A DNA stretch of 32,000 bases, taken from NCBI GenBank assembly GCA_964586355.1, contig CAZPGO010000030.1:30001-62000 (forward strand). The letters run 5' to 3'. Below are positions 8,330-18,576 of this stretch, in pieces. This stretch comes from an uncultured archaeon. Its GTDB lineage: Archaea > Iainarchaeota > Iainarchaeia > Iainarchaeales > CSSED10-239. A program made the position numbers and the translations under genes. The notes beneath the pieces are model-generated. The model was not told the DNA's origin, searched no databases, and was given only the letters and a program-made list of their open reading frames with translations. Position 1 is the stretch's first letter, and every line of letters begins with the position of its first letter.

Positions 8330-9151
8330 TTATAAAATTCTATTTTTTAGATCTTTTCTTATTTTGTAAGCAGTTTCTGCAATTTTTAATATATTTGTGT
8401 CTATTTCTTGAATAAACATTTCTTCTTTATTATGACTTAATTTTTTTATTGCACCTTTAAATGGAATAGTGATTTGTGAATGCCCAATTAGCGAATCCTT
8501 TATTTTATTATATTTAAATTCTCCAGCTGCATTACAAAAAACAAAAATGATTTCATTTTCAAAAGCGCGAGCAACACATATAGAATCTACAGATTTTATT
8601 TCTGCATTTGCATCTTCTTTTATTCCTTTGCCTGCATCTCCTGCAGACCAATGGCTTGGACAAATAATGATATTTGCGCCTTTTTTAACCATTTTTCTAA
8701 ATATTTCTGGAAATATCAAATCCCAACAAATAATTAATCCGATTTTTCCATATTTTGTATTAAATACAGAAATTTGATTTCCTGGTGTGAGATATTTTCT
8801 TTCAGGTAACCAAAGATTTATTTTTTTGTATCTTGATTTTATTTTTCCTTTTGAATCAATATAATATGTCACATTATAAATTCCTGTATTTTCTTTTTCA
8901 ATTATAGATCCAGGAACAATATCTATTTTGTATTTTTTTGCCAATTTTTGAAAATAGGCAACGAATAATCTTTTATGATCTACAAACTCGTCATTTCCCA
9001 TAGTTGGGCCAGTAATAAAATCTTCTGGAAAAACAATTATTTTTGCATTTTGATCTGCCGCCTTTTTGATAAATATTTCTGCTTTTTTTAAATTAGTTTC
9101 TGGTAGGAATTGATTTATTTTAAATTGTACTACTGCAATGTTTATTTTCAT
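8330..9151 (-). CDS. Carbon-nitrogen hydrolase (nitrilase superfamily)
   Basis: The Glu-Lys-Cys triad is in its canonical contexts: IIVFPED, RYKKINLW and GLIICWDLIFPE. Confidence 0.85.
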   Translation of the reverse strand: MKINIAVVQFKINQFLPETNLKKAEIFIKKAADQNAKIIVFPEDFITGPTMGNDEFVDHKRLFVAYFQKLAKKYKIDIVPGSIIEKENTGIYNVTYYIDSKGKIKSRYKKINLWLPERKYLTPGNQISVFNTKYGKIGLIICWDLIFPEIFRKMVKKGANIIICPSHWSAGDAGKGIKEDANAEIKSVDSICVARAFENEIIFVFCNAAGEFKYNKIKDSLIGHSQITIPFKGAIKKLSHNKEEMFIQEIDTNILKIAETAYKIRKDLKNRIL

Positions 9152-11346
9152 GTTGATTTTTTTTTAATAGTTTTTTTTACTGCTGGTTTTTCTTTTTTTA
9201 TTTGTTTTTTATCTTCTGCTTTTTTTTCTTTAAGTTTTATTTTTTCTGCATCTTTTATTGCTTTTGCATTTGCTTTTTCGACTTTTGCTTTTTCTCTTTC
9301 TTTTACTCTTGCTTCATATTCTTTTTGTTGTTCAATTCTTAATTTACATTTATGATTTAAGCAAACTTCTACTCCACCACGTTTACTTAGTATTTTAATT
9401 ATTGGATATTTACACTCCTCACAAACTTTTCCTGTTCCTTCAACTTTATATTTCTGAGGCAAAGGAAATGTGTTTTTACAATTAGGATACCCTGAACAGG
9501 CTGCAAATTGTTTATTATTTCTACTTATTCTAACAATTAAATCTTTTCCACAAAGAACACATTTTCCAAGGGTATTATCATATCTTGTTGCTGTTCTTAA
9601 CTCTTGAGAGATTTCTTGTCTTTCTTTTACTAATATTTTTACAATATCTAATAATATGTCTCTAGTTTCATCAACAACCTCTGTTTTCTTTTTTTTACCA
9701 GCAGCAACAACATCCATCTCTCCTTCAATCATTGCTGTTAGTTTTGGTTTTGTAATTAGCTGACAATGTTTGTTTAGTACAGAGCAAACAGCTATTGCAA
9801 TATTGGTTGCAGATATACTTTTATTTCCTTGAACATACCCTCTATCTCTTAATTTTTTAATAATTACAGGTCTTGTGGATTTTGTTCCTAGATTTTGATC
9901 TTCCATTAATTTAATTAAACCGCCTTCTGTATAATGGTCTGGAGGGGTTGTCTCTTTTTGATATTTTTGATTATCTACAATATCTACAATTTCGCCTATT
10001 TTTAGATTAGGTAATATCACTTCATTAATTTTTGAATAAATATATATTTTTTTCCAACCAATTTCTATAATTCTTTGACCAGTTACTACAAATGGTTCTT
10101 TTTTTACTTCAATTATTGCTGAGATATTTTCTGTTTTTGCATCAATATACAATGTTGCAAGAAATCTTCTAACAATAAGATCATATACTTTTTTTTCTAA
10201 GCCAGTTATTTTTGAGGAATAAGATACTGGATAAATAGGGGGGTGATCTGTTGTTTCTTTTGCTCCTCTTGATGGGTTAATTGGTTTAGATTCTATTTCT
10301 TTTATTATTTTTTTAATATCTGTCTCAGGACATAAAGATAATGTTTTTAATATTTCTAAAAAATTAATACTTTGTGGATAAACAGTGTTATCTGTTCTTG
10401 GATAACTAATATATCCTTGTTGATAAAGACTTTCTGCAATATTCATAGCTTGATTAGTGTTTATGCCAATAGCAGCAGAGGCTCTTAAAAAACTAGTAGT
10501 GTTAAAAGGAGCTGGTCTTTTAAGGTTTTTTTCTTTTTTGTTAATTGTTTTTACTATTCCTGTTTTCTCGTCTTTGATTTTTTCAAAGATCTCTATAGCT
10601 TTTTTAAGATCAAATATTTTTCCGTCTTTATGGGACCCAACAAATTTAATTTTTTCTTTTAAAAAAGTAAGTTCTAATTCTATATATTTTTCTGGCACAA
10701 ATTTTTCTCTTTCTAGTTCCCTTTCAACAATAAAATTTAATAAAGGTGTCTGAACTCTGCCTGCGGACAAAAACAGTTTCCCTTTTCTGTTTGCAGTAAC
10801 TGACAAATATCTAGTAAGTATGGCACCCCAAAGTAGATCTATTTCTTCTCTTGTAAAAACAGAATCTGCATAGTTAAAATCAACTTTTCTCAATTTTTCT
10901 TCTTGAAAAGAATCATTAATTTCTTTTTCTGTAAGTGCACTAAAATATGCTCTTTTCAAATCAAATTTAGTGTTTTTTTCAGAAACATAAGTATATGCTT
11001 CTACTCCTATTGCTTCTCCTTCCCTATCTGCATCTGTTGCTATTATAACTTTTTCAAGTTCTCTTTTTTTTTTAAGTGTTGAGATTATAGCTTTTTCTTT
11101 AGGTATGTATCTTAATGCTTTTTTTGCAAGAACATCTAAATTATTGGTGCTCCAATAACTATCTCCTTCTACAAAATCAACTCCATTAATATGTCCTCTT
11201 AATGGAATCACTAAATAATTTTTTTTATCTTTTGTAAATGAAAAAACATTTACTCCGTTCTCATGATTTGTTTCAAATTTATTTTTAGAAAGTATGCTTG
11301 CAATTCTTTTTCCTGCAATTGCTTTTTCTGAAATTATCAAATTCAT
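9148..11346 (-). CDS. topA: DNA topoisomerase, type IA (archaeal Topo I/III-like) with C-terminal Zn ribbons and a Lys/Glu-rich tail
   Basis: The TOPRIM motif IIATDADREGE and the catalytic Tyr context GYISYPRTDN are present. Zn-ribbons are CVLCGK...CSGYPNC and CEEC...CLNHKC. The TGA stop overlaps the ATG of the downstream hydrolase (ATGA at 9148-9151). Confidence 0.9.
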   Translation of the reverse strand: MNLIISEKAIAGKRIASILSKNKFETNHENGVNVFSFTKDKKNYLVIPLRGHINGVDFVEGDSYWSTNNLDVLAKKALRYIPKEKAIISTLKKKRELEKVIIATDADREGEAIGVEAYTYVSEKNTKFDLKRAYFSALTEKEINDSFQEEKLRKVDFNYADSVFTREEIDLLWGAILTRYLSVTANRKGKLFLSAGRVQTPLLNFIVERELEREKFVPEKYIELELTFLKEKIKFVGSHKDGKIFDLKKAIEIFEKIKDEKTGIVKTINKKEKNLKRPAPFNTTSFLRASAAIGINTNQAMNIAESLYQQGYISYPRTDNTVYPQSINFLEILKTLSLCPETDIKKIIKEIESKPINPSRGAKETTDHPPIYPVSYSSKITGLEKKVYDLIVRRFLATLYIDAKTENISAIIEVKKEPFVVTGQRIIEIGWKKIYIYSKINEVILPNLKIGEIVDIVDNQKYQKETTPPDHYTEGGLIKLMEDQNLGTKSTRPVIIKKLRDRGYVQGNKSISATNIAIAVCSVLNKHCQLITKPKLTAMIEGEMDVVAAGKKKKTEVVDETRDILLDIVKILVKERQEISQELRTATRYDNTLGKCVLCGKDLIVRISRNNKQFAACSGYPNCKNTFPLPQKYKVEGTGKVCEECKYPIIKILSKRGGVEVCLNHKCKLRIEQQKEYEARVKEREKAKVEKANAKAIKDAEKIKLKEKKAEDKKQIKKEKPAVKKTIKKKST

Positions 11347-11409
11347 TATTAATCAAATAGTTTTTTTTAAAGGCATATAAAAAAAATATTAACTAAAAAA
11401 AGTTAATTT

Positions 11410-11880
11410 TTAAAAAGTGGTTTGTAATATTTTCCCTGGAAGATTTTTACTGTTTTTGTGTTCTTTTAATAGTGTTAGAATACTTATTTTTGTTATGCCA
11501 TCTATTTTAAAAATATTATCCAGTAATTGCTTTAGATCTGTTTTATCTATTGCCATTATTCTAACAATAATATTATATTCTCCAGTTACTTCTAAAACTT
11601 CTTTAACATCTTCAATATCTTTTAATTTTTTTATAATTTCATTTTGTTTAGATGGATCTATAGTAATTAACATTTCTGCTTTTTCTGTAAATCCAAGTAT
11701 TTCATAGTCAATTTCTGCACTTATTGCTTTAATTATCCCTTTTTGCATCAATCGATCAAGTCTTTTTTTAATTGCAACATCAGTAAGATTAATATCTTTT
11801 GCTATATTTGCAAATGACGCTCTCCCGTTTACTGTTAGTTGTTCAATTATATATTTATCTATTTTATCTATTGCAGGCAT
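11410..11880 (-). CDS. lrp: Lrp/AsnC family transcriptional regulator
   Basis: An N-terminal HTH (DKYIIEQLTVNGRASFANIAKDINLTDVAIKKRLDRLMQKGII) is followed by a RAM/AsnC_trans_reg-like C-terminal domain. The size is 156 aa. Confidence 0.85.
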   Translation of the reverse strand: MPAIDKIDKYIIEQLTVNGRASFANIAKDINLTDVAIKKRLDRLMQKGIIKAISAEIDYEILGFTEKAEMLITIDPSKQNEIIKKLKDIEDVKEVLEVTGEYNIIVRIMAIDKTDLKQLLDNIFKIDGITKISILTLLKEHKNSKNLPGKILQTTF

Positions 11881-11890
11881 ATTTTTTCAC

Positions 11891-12604
11891 TTACCAATTT
11901 GGTTTTAATAATTTATATTTATCAAGATACACTTCTGTTTTTAAAATCTCAATAAAAGGAATTACAAATAATACAAAAAACAAACTTGATATTATTGTAC
12001 CACCTAATAACCCAAAAATAACATCTAGAAAGTATGTTATTAATGTTAAAATAAATGCTGTTACAAACAAATAAACTAATAATATTGCATTTTTTTTAAG
12101 ATAATTAAAATTAATTATTAGTGCTCTTTCTGTTTTTTCTTTTTCCATAATTATAATTTGGGGCATAAACCAAAATATAACACTCACAAAAAGAAGTATA
12201 ATATTTATTAAAATATTTTCTAATAAACCAACATCATATAAAAAACAAATAATAATAAATAATAATAAATAAAAAATAAGATTGAATTTTAATAATTCAA
12301 AGAATGGTTCCTTTATTTCTTTAGATTGTTTTTTATCAAATTCGTATTCATTCTCTACCCTAAACACAATAATTGTTTGAAAGAATGTAAATGCAACAAT
12401 AAAAACTGCTATTGCTACCATAATTAATAAGAGCGTAAATGGATCTTGATTTAATATATTATAAGATATGTTTAAACTTCCTCCAAATAAACTAAATAAA
12501 GGGTTTATTAAAAATAATACAAATATCAATAATAAACTTATAGAGAATATAACCTTTATATTCTGCAAATATTTTTTTAGTGATAATATAATATCTAAAC
12601 CCAT
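11891..12604 (-). CDS. Polytopic membrane protein, function unknown
   Basis: The 237-aa ORF has about six hydrophobic segments. I recognise no motif. Confidence 0.5.
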   Translation of the reverse strand: MGLDIILSLKKYLQNIKVIFSISLLLIFVLFLINPLFSLFGGSLNISYNILNQDPFTLLLIMVAIAVFIVAFTFFQTIIVFRVENEYEFDKKQSKEIKEPFFELLKFNLIFYLLLFIIICFLYDVGLLENILINIILLFVSVIFWFMPQIIIMEKEKTERALIINFNYLKKNAILLVYLFVTAFILTLITYFLDVIFGLLGGTIISSLFFVLFVIPFIEILKTEVYLDKYKLLKPNW

Positions 12605-12681
12605 TTTTCTACCCTTTGTTTTTATCTTTATATATACTTTACAAGTAATTCTTTTTAAATAATTAACTTTTTGTGCAGTTT

Positions 12682-13941
12682 TTATTCTTTTTTCAAAAGA
12701 TCTGTTCTTTTTAAGTTTTGTTTTTCTATTTTACTTCCTAGTAAGTAATGTTCTTTGGCATTTGTTATTAATATATCAAGTGTTTTGCCTATTTTTTCTT
12801 TTTTATTTACTAATATTACTTGTTTATATTCTTTTGTTCTGCATATTGTGTCTTTGTTATTAAAACCCACTACTCTAACTGTTTTTATTTTATTTAAGTA
12901 TTTTAAATTATTTTCTAATGCTATTTTTTTACAAAGAATAGTTGTCTCCCTAGATCTCTTTTTTTTTATGCTTCCAGGTAGATTTGGATATTTATTTGCT
13001 TCAATATTTTTTCTTTGCCCAAACCTAGAGATATTTACAATATCAAACTTAAGTTTTTTAATAATAGTCAAAGTGTCTTTAAACTGTTCTTCGCTTTCTG
13101 TTGGAAAACCAACAATAACATCTGTTGATAATGTAAGTTCTTTATGTTTTTTTTTAAAATAAGTTATAAGTTCTTCACATTCTTTAACTGTATATGGTCT
13201 ATTCATTTTTTTAAGTATCTCGTCGTTTCCACTCTGAATAGGGATATGTAAGAATTTATACATTTTTTTAGAATTAAGTATTTTAGATATCTCTTCTTTA
13301 TATTTTAATAAATATTTAGGATTAGCCATACCAAGTCTAATCTTGAAATCTCCTGGTATTTTTATAATTTCTTTAAGTAGTTCTACAATGTTTGTATTTA
13401 TATCAAAGCCATAACATCCAGTATCTTGAGAAGTTAACAATATTTCTTTTGTGTTATTTTCTATAGTTTTGGTTACTTCTTTTTTTATTTCTAAAATATT
13501 TTTACTCTTCAAAGTTCCTCTAGCAAACTTAACCGCACAATAGCTACAAGCACCAAGACAGCCATTAGAGATTATTATGGTTTCTGTGTTTTTATAGTTC
13601 TCTTTTTGTTTACTGTTTATTAATTCTTTTAGTTTTTCTTTTTCTTCAACTTTAAAGTATTTGGCATTTGGCAAGATTTCTTTAAGACCAAAATCATTAA
13701 TTGTAACCAAACACCCCGTAATAATTATTTTTTCTTCCTTTATTCCTTTCTTTTTAATTTCTCTTAAATATTTTAATATTTTTTGTTCTGTTTGTTCTTT
13801 TACACCACAGGTGTTAATTATAATAAGATCTGCTTCTGTAATTTTTTTTTCATCAGAAAAAGAAGAGAGATTTCCAATAATCTCTTCACTGTCCTTTTGG
13901 TTTAGTGTACAACCAAATGTTTTAATAAATATTTTTTTCAT
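12682..13941 (-). CDS. Radical-SAM methylthiotransferase, MiaB/MtaB (CDKAL1-like) family
   Basis: An N-terminal UPF0004 domain is present (IKTFGCTLNQ, NTCGV, TGC). The radical SAM motif is CLGACSYC. A C-terminal TRAM-like segment follows. Confidence 0.85.
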   Translation of the reverse strand: MKKIFIKTFGCTLNQKDSEEIIGNLSSFSDEKKITEADLIIINTCGVKEQTEQKILKYLREIKKKGIKEEKIIITGCLVTINDFGLKEILPNAKYFKVEEKEKLKELINSKQKENYKNTETIIISNGCLGACSYCAVKFARGTLKSKNILEIKKEVTKTIENNTKEILLTSQDTGCYGFDINTNIVELLKEIIKIPGDFKIRLGMANPKYLLKYKEEISKILNSKKMYKFLHIPIQSGNDEILKKMNRPYTVKECEELITYFKKKHKELTLSTDVIVGFPTESEEQFKDTLTIIKKLKFDIVNISRFGQRKNIEANKYPNLPGSIKKKRSRETTILCKKIALENNLKYLNKIKTVRVVGFNNKDTICRTKEYKQVILVNKKEKIGKTLDILITNAKEHYLLGSKIEKQNLKRTDLLKKE

Positions 13942-13956
13942 TTACAAAAAATGGTT

Positions 13957-14367
13957 TTATTTTTTAGAAAATATCAAACCTATAATTGCACTAAATAAAA
14001 ACTCTAAATAGGCAGAATCTAATAGTGTTTTAAAAAAACCTTTGTTTAATATTTCTAGTGTTTTTAAGAAAGCTACATTATTTAATACAACATAGATCTG
14101 ATAATAATAAATAAAAAGTACAAAATAATAAATAAAAAACCCCATAACTACAAAAACAATTAAAAAAGTCAATTTTTTAATTTTTGCAAATTCTAAAAAA
14201 TATTTTGTAAGAAAATAAGTTCCAAAAAATCCAACTATTGGTAATAATACATACATTGGACTTTTCAAAAAATTCTCTTTAGAAATAAAGTAAACCAGTA
14301 TTTGTGAAATTAAAAAGGTTATTATTGATAATATTATTATAAAAAAAATGTTTTTCTTCTCTTTCAT
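13957..14367 (-). CDS. Small membrane protein, function unknown
   Basis: The 136-aa ORF has four hydrophobic segments and is packed 15 nt upstream of the methylthiotransferase. Confidence 0.45.
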   Translation of the reverse strand: MKEKKNIFFIIILSIITFLISQILVYFISKENFLKSPMYVLLPIVGFFGTYFLTKYFLEFAKIKKLTFLIVFVVMGFFIYYFVLFIYYYQIYVVLNNVAFLKTLEILNKGFFKTLLDSAYLEFLFSAIIGLIFSKK

Positions 14368-14502
14368 ATCTTTTCACCAAATTTTATATATATTTATTGT
14401 GTAATATGTTTTTTTAATAGATTTGATTTCAATATAACAAGTAATTTAAATATATTGGTAATTTATTTATGTAATAATATATTTATAGGAGTTCTTAATA
14501 AC

Positions 14503-15489
14503 ATGTCAACAAATACAAACTTTATGCCCTGGACAGAGAAATATAGACCTAGTAGATTAGAAAACATTAGTGGGCAAGATCAAATTATTACTAAACTTAA
14601 AAAATATGTGGAAAAAAGATCATTACCAAACCTTCTTTTTTCAGGACCACCTGGTGTTGGAAAAACCTGTTGTGCTGTTGCTTTGGCAAAGGAGTTGTTT
14701 GGAGAGGGATTTTCACAAGATTTTTTAGAATTAAATGCTAGTGATGAAAGAGGTATTAATGTAGTAAGAGGTGCAATAAAGGATTTTGCAAGAACAATAG
14801 CCTTAACCTCTGATTTTAAAATAATTTTTTTAGATGAGGCTGATGCATTAACTACAGAAGCTCAGCAAGCTTTAAGAAGAACTATGGAAAAATACACTGG
14901 AACTGTTAGGTTTATTTTAAATGCTAATTATTCTTCTAAATTAATTGCTCCTATTCAAAGCAGATGTTCTTTATTTAAGTTTAAACCATTAACTAATGAG
15001 GATGTTAAAAAAAGATTATTATTTATTGCAAAAGAAGAAAATGTAGAGATAGATGATCCTGCACTAAATGCTATTAATGACATCTCAGAAGGAGATCTAA
15101 GAACAGCTATTAATCTATTACAAGCAGCAGCATCAACTAGTGAAAAAATAACAGAAAAAGAAATTTATGATGTTTCTAACACAGCTCAACCAAAAGATGT
15201 AATGAATCTTATCGATTCTTCTCTTGCTGGTGATTTTTTAACCTCTAGGTCTTACTTAGAAAATCTTTTATTTGAACATGGTTTATCTGGTGAAGACATA
15301 ATAAGTCAGATTTACAAAAAAATAATTTCTTACCCAGAAGAAAAACTTTCTGTGGAAGGCAAAGTAAAAATAATTGATAAAATTGCAGAATATAATTATA
15401 GAATTGTTCAAGGTGCAAATGATCGAATACAATTAGAAGCATTAATTTCTCAATTAATATTATTAAATTTAAAAAAAGATGGTGAATAA
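14503..15489 (+). CDS. rfcS: Replication factor C small subunit
   Basis: The N-terminus is PWTEKYRP. Walker A is GPPGVGKT, Walker B/DEAD is FLDEADALT, and the SRC motif is IQSRCSLFKF. I prefer the ATG at 14503, which is preceded by AGGAG, over the TTG at 14455 used by the ORF track. Confidence 0.92.
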   Translation: MSTNTNFMPWTEKYRPSRLENISGQDQIITKLKKYVEKRSLPNLLFSGPPGVGKTCCAVALAKELFGEGFSQDFLELNASDERGINVVRGAIKDFARTIALTSDFKIIFLDEADALTTEAQQALRRTMEKYTGTVRFILNANYSSKLIAPIQSRCSLFKFKPLTNEDVKKRLLFIAKEENVEIDDPALNAINDISEGDLRTAINLLQAAASTSEKITEKEIYDVSNTAQPKDVMNLIDSSLAGDFLTSRSYLENLLFEHGLSGEDIISQIYKKIISYPEEKLSVEGKVKIIDKIAEYNYRIVQGANDRIQLEALISQLILLNLKKDGE

Positions 15490-15491
15490 AA

Positions 15492-17405
15492 ATGGCATCA
15501 TATATAGATGAATTAAAATCTCAATTAAACAAAGCTAAAGAGAATAAACCAGAAGAAGTTAAATTAGAAAAAAAGCAGATGGATTGGTCTCAACCAGATA
15601 AACAAAAAACACAAGATCTTTCTTCTGAAAAATCTATAACTGAAGAAAATATTTCCAACACAAAAAATAATAATCAGTCTAAATCAGATAGTTTCTTAGA
15701 ATTAGATTCTTTAAAAGATGCTTTTTCAAACAAATCTAATAAGCAACCATATTCTGATATTAATAAAGTCCAAACAGAGCAAAATAAAGATTCTGATTTA
15801 AATTTTAAGGAATCTCACCAAGAATCAAAACTAGCATCTAAGGAAGATTCTGTCTTTGATGAGAATATAAAAGAAACAATTGATAGATCTGTTAATTCTG
15901 GAAAAATAGATGTTGAAAAAATAGAGACTAAAAAAGATAAACCTAATTTTGAAAAAGTATGGGCCGAAAATTCTCATTTAGTTACAAAGTATGGTGATGT
16001 TGAGATTTATAGAATTGAAAATCAAGCACTTTATCATTATAAAATTCCAACCCCAAAACCAACAGCAAGTCAGAAATTAATAATTAATACCTTAAAGGAA
16101 GCAGCAACAAGATTAATTACAATAGATCCTTATAAGATCAGAGATCCTTTACAAAGAAAAAACATTTATTATCAAAAAATTTTAGATATTTTAGAAAATG
16201 CACCTGAAATAAATGTTCCAAAGCACATGTTTGATTTTTATGCAGGGGCAGTTGTAAAAGAAATGGTTGGTTTTGGTCAAATTGAACCATTATTACAAGA
16301 TGACAAGTTAGAAGAAATTATGATCGTTGGTCCAAATAAACCAACTTATGTTTATCATAGAGATTATGGTATGATGACTAGTAATGTTGTATTTTATTCT
16401 GATGATGGGATCTTAGAAATTATTGATAAAATTTCAAGAATCTTAGGAAGAAGAGTTGATATTTCTAATCCTTTATTAGATGCAAGACTTCCAGATGGTT
16501 CTAGAGTAAATGCAACAATTCATCCAGCATCCATTGATGGGGCAACAATCACTATTAGAAAATTTAAAGCTGACCCTTACACTATTGTAGATCTAATTAA
16601 ATTTCGTACAATTAACTTAGAAGTTGCTGGATTTTTATGGTGTATTGTTGATGGGTTTGGGTCAAAACCAGCAAACATAGTTATATCTGGTGGAACAGGT
16701 TCAGGAAAAACTACTTTATTAAATGTTTTAGCAAACTTCATTCCAGATTCTAATCGTGTATTAACTATTGAAGACACTGCTGAGCTAAAATTACCTATAA
16801 AACAAGTAATTAGGTTTGAAGGACGACCACCTGGCTTAGAAGGTAAAGGTGAACTAACATTAGATGTTTTAGTAAAAAACAGTTTAAGAATGAGACCTGA
16901 TAGAGTAATAGTTGGTGAAATTAGACACACAGAAGCTTTATCTTTATTTACTGCTATGAATACCGGCCACGATGGTTGTATGGGTACAATTCACGCGAAC
17001 TCTCCTAGAGAAACATTAGTAAGAATAACGTCCCCCCCAATGGAAGTGCCTTTGATGATGCTTGCCGGTCTAGATTTTATAGTTGTTCAGAAAAGATTAA
17101 ACACTAGTAAAGGAATGGTAAGAAGAATAGTAAATATTGCTGAGATTAGTGGTGTTTTAGATAATGATCCAAAGGCAGATATTATTTTTAAATGGGATCC
17201 AAACACAGATTCTTTAAAAAGAACAGAGGCACCTATAAAGTTTTTTGAAATGATAAAAACATATACGAATTATACAGATCAGGATATAAAGAATATTTTG
17301 ACAAAAAGAATAAGTATTTTAAATGATTTAGTTACTAAGAATATACATGCTCTTGACGATGTGTCAGAAACTATTCAACATGAGTATCTTGATAGAAAAT
17401 CATAA
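15492..17405 (+). CDS. Type IV filament assembly ATPase (archaeal FlaI/EpdL/TadA-like, T2SSE family) with a roughly 155-aa low-complexity N-terminal extension
   Basis: Walker A is SGGTGSGKTTLLN, Walker B is RPDRVIVGEIR, and the His box is TGHDGCMGTIHAN. The conserved LPDGSRVNA segment is also present. Confidence 0.9.
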   Translation: MASYIDELKSQLNKAKENKPEEVKLEKKQMDWSQPDKQKTQDLSSEKSITEENISNTKNNNQSKSDSFLELDSLKDAFSNKSNKQPYSDINKVQTEQNKDSDLNFKESHQESKLASKEDSVFDENIKETIDRSVNSGKIDVEKIETKKDKPNFEKVWAENSHLVTKYGDVEIYRIENQALYHYKIPTPKPTASQKLIINTLKEAATRLITIDPYKIRDPLQRKNIYYQKILDILENAPEINVPKHMFDFYAGAVVKEMVGFGQIEPLLQDDKLEEIMIVGPNKPTYVYHRDYGMMTSNVVFYSDDGILEIIDKISRILGRRVDISNPLLDARLPDGSRVNATIHPASIDGATITIRKFKADPYTIVDLIKFRTINLEVAGFLWCIVDGFGSKPANIVISGGTGSGKTTLLNVLANFIPDSNRVLTIEDTAELKLPIKQVIRFEGRPPGLEGKGELTLDVLVKNSLRMRPDRVIVGEIRHTEALSLFTAMNTGHDGCMGTIHANSPRETLVRITSPPMEVPLMMLAGLDFIVVQKRLNTSKGMVRRIVNIAEISGVLDNDPKADIIFKWDPNTDSLKRTEAPIKFFEMIKTYTNYTDQDIKNILTKRISILNDLVTKNIHALDDVSETIQHEYLDRKS

Positions 17406-17422
17406 TTATAAATTGATTGTTA

Positions 17423-18574
17423 ATGACAGAAGTAAATGATAAACAATTAGAATTATTAAAAAAAGAGATGTCTAAATCTAAAGATAACAGCAGTAATATA
17501 GATCTAGATGCTGTTGATAGTATAGTAAACAAACTAAAACAAAAAGACAAATCTAAAGGCATAACAGGCCCAGTTTCAGAATCTCATTTAAAAGAATTAA
17601 GAGATATTATTTCTGAAGGAAAATTAACAAAATTAAATATAGACACTGAAGCAAAGCTAATGGAAGGTTCAGAATCTGTTATAGACAAAAAAATAGTGAA
17701 ATTATATAAACCTTTTCAAGGATTTATAAACACAATTGTAAAATACATGCTTAAGCAAAGTATAGGCAAAAAGATTTCTTTTTATCTTTATTCTGCAAAT
17801 ATTAAAAGAACATTAGTACAACATTTGGTTTTAGCAGTTTTGTTTTCTATGTTAGTTACTGTTTTTTTATCTTTTTTATTATTTATTATTTTAACTGTTA
17901 TTAATCCATTATTTTTAATAGTTCTTCCATTTATTGCTTTAGCAATTTTTCTATTTTCTATTTTTATATTTTCATATATTTTGCCAATGCAGAAAGCAAA
18001 GCAAAGAGGAGCTCAAATAGATACTGAATTGCCATATGCTTTAAGACACCTGTCTACCGAATTACAAGCAGGTATTGGATTATATAAAACTCTACAATCT
18101 ATTGCAAAAAACGATTATGGTTTATTAGCTGACGAGCTTAGTAGAACAATAATTGAAATAGAGAACGGGACTGATACAAAAACAGCATTAAGACATACTG
18201 CATTAAGAAGTCAATCCAAAAATTTCAATATTGCTTTGTTTCATATAATAAGAACATTAAATACTGGTGGAAATTTAGCACAAAGTATTGATGGAGTTGC
18301 AGAAACAGTATCTTTTGATCTTTTAGAGTCTGCTAAACAGTTTGGAGAAAAAATGAATTTTTTTGGAATTATTTTTATATTTGTAGCTATTGTTTTGCCG
18401 GTGTTTTTAGCAGTTTTATCAGCAATAGCAAATGCGCCAATTGGTCAAGGTGGCGAATTGTTTTTACCAGGGGTTTTAAGTGCAGAATTATTAGGGGTTG
18501 TTTATTTAGTGGTACTTCCTGTAATTTTAGGATTTATATCCTTTTATATTAAAGTAATAGAACCAAAAACATAG
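17423..18574 (+). CDS. Pilus platform membrane protein, single T2SSF domain (TadB/TadC/EpdJ-like)
   Basis: A T2SSF-type helical domain (ELPYALRHLSTELQAGIGLYKTLQSIA...GGNLAQSIDGVAETV) is flanked by TM helices. The ORF track starts at the TTG at 17417, and the ATG at 17423 is two codons in. Confidence 0.8.
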   Translation: MTEVNDKQLELLKKEMSKSKDNSSNIDLDAVDSIVNKLKQKDKSKGITGPVSESHLKELRDIISEGKLTKLNIDTEAKLMEGSESVIDKKIVKLYKPFQGFINTIVKYMLKQSIGKKISFYLYSANIKRTLVQHLVLAVLFSMLVTVFLSFLLFIILTVINPLFLIVLPFIALAIFLFSIFIFSYILPMQKAKQRGAQIDTELPYALRHLSTELQAGIGLYKTLQSIAKNDYGLLADELSRTIIEIENGTDTKTALRHTALRSQSKNFNIALFHIIRTLNTGGNLAQSIDGVAETVSFDLLESAKQFGEKMNFFGIIFIFVAIVLPVFLAVLSAIANAPIGQGGELFLPGVLSAELLGVVYLVVLPVILGFISFYIKVIEPKT

Positions 18575-18576
18575 AT

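Noticed and set aside
9148-9151. The ATGA overlap linking topA to the nitrilase-family hydrolase as a functional pairing.
   Set aside because: Four-base overlaps are routine in compact genomes. I see no mechanistic link between the two families.
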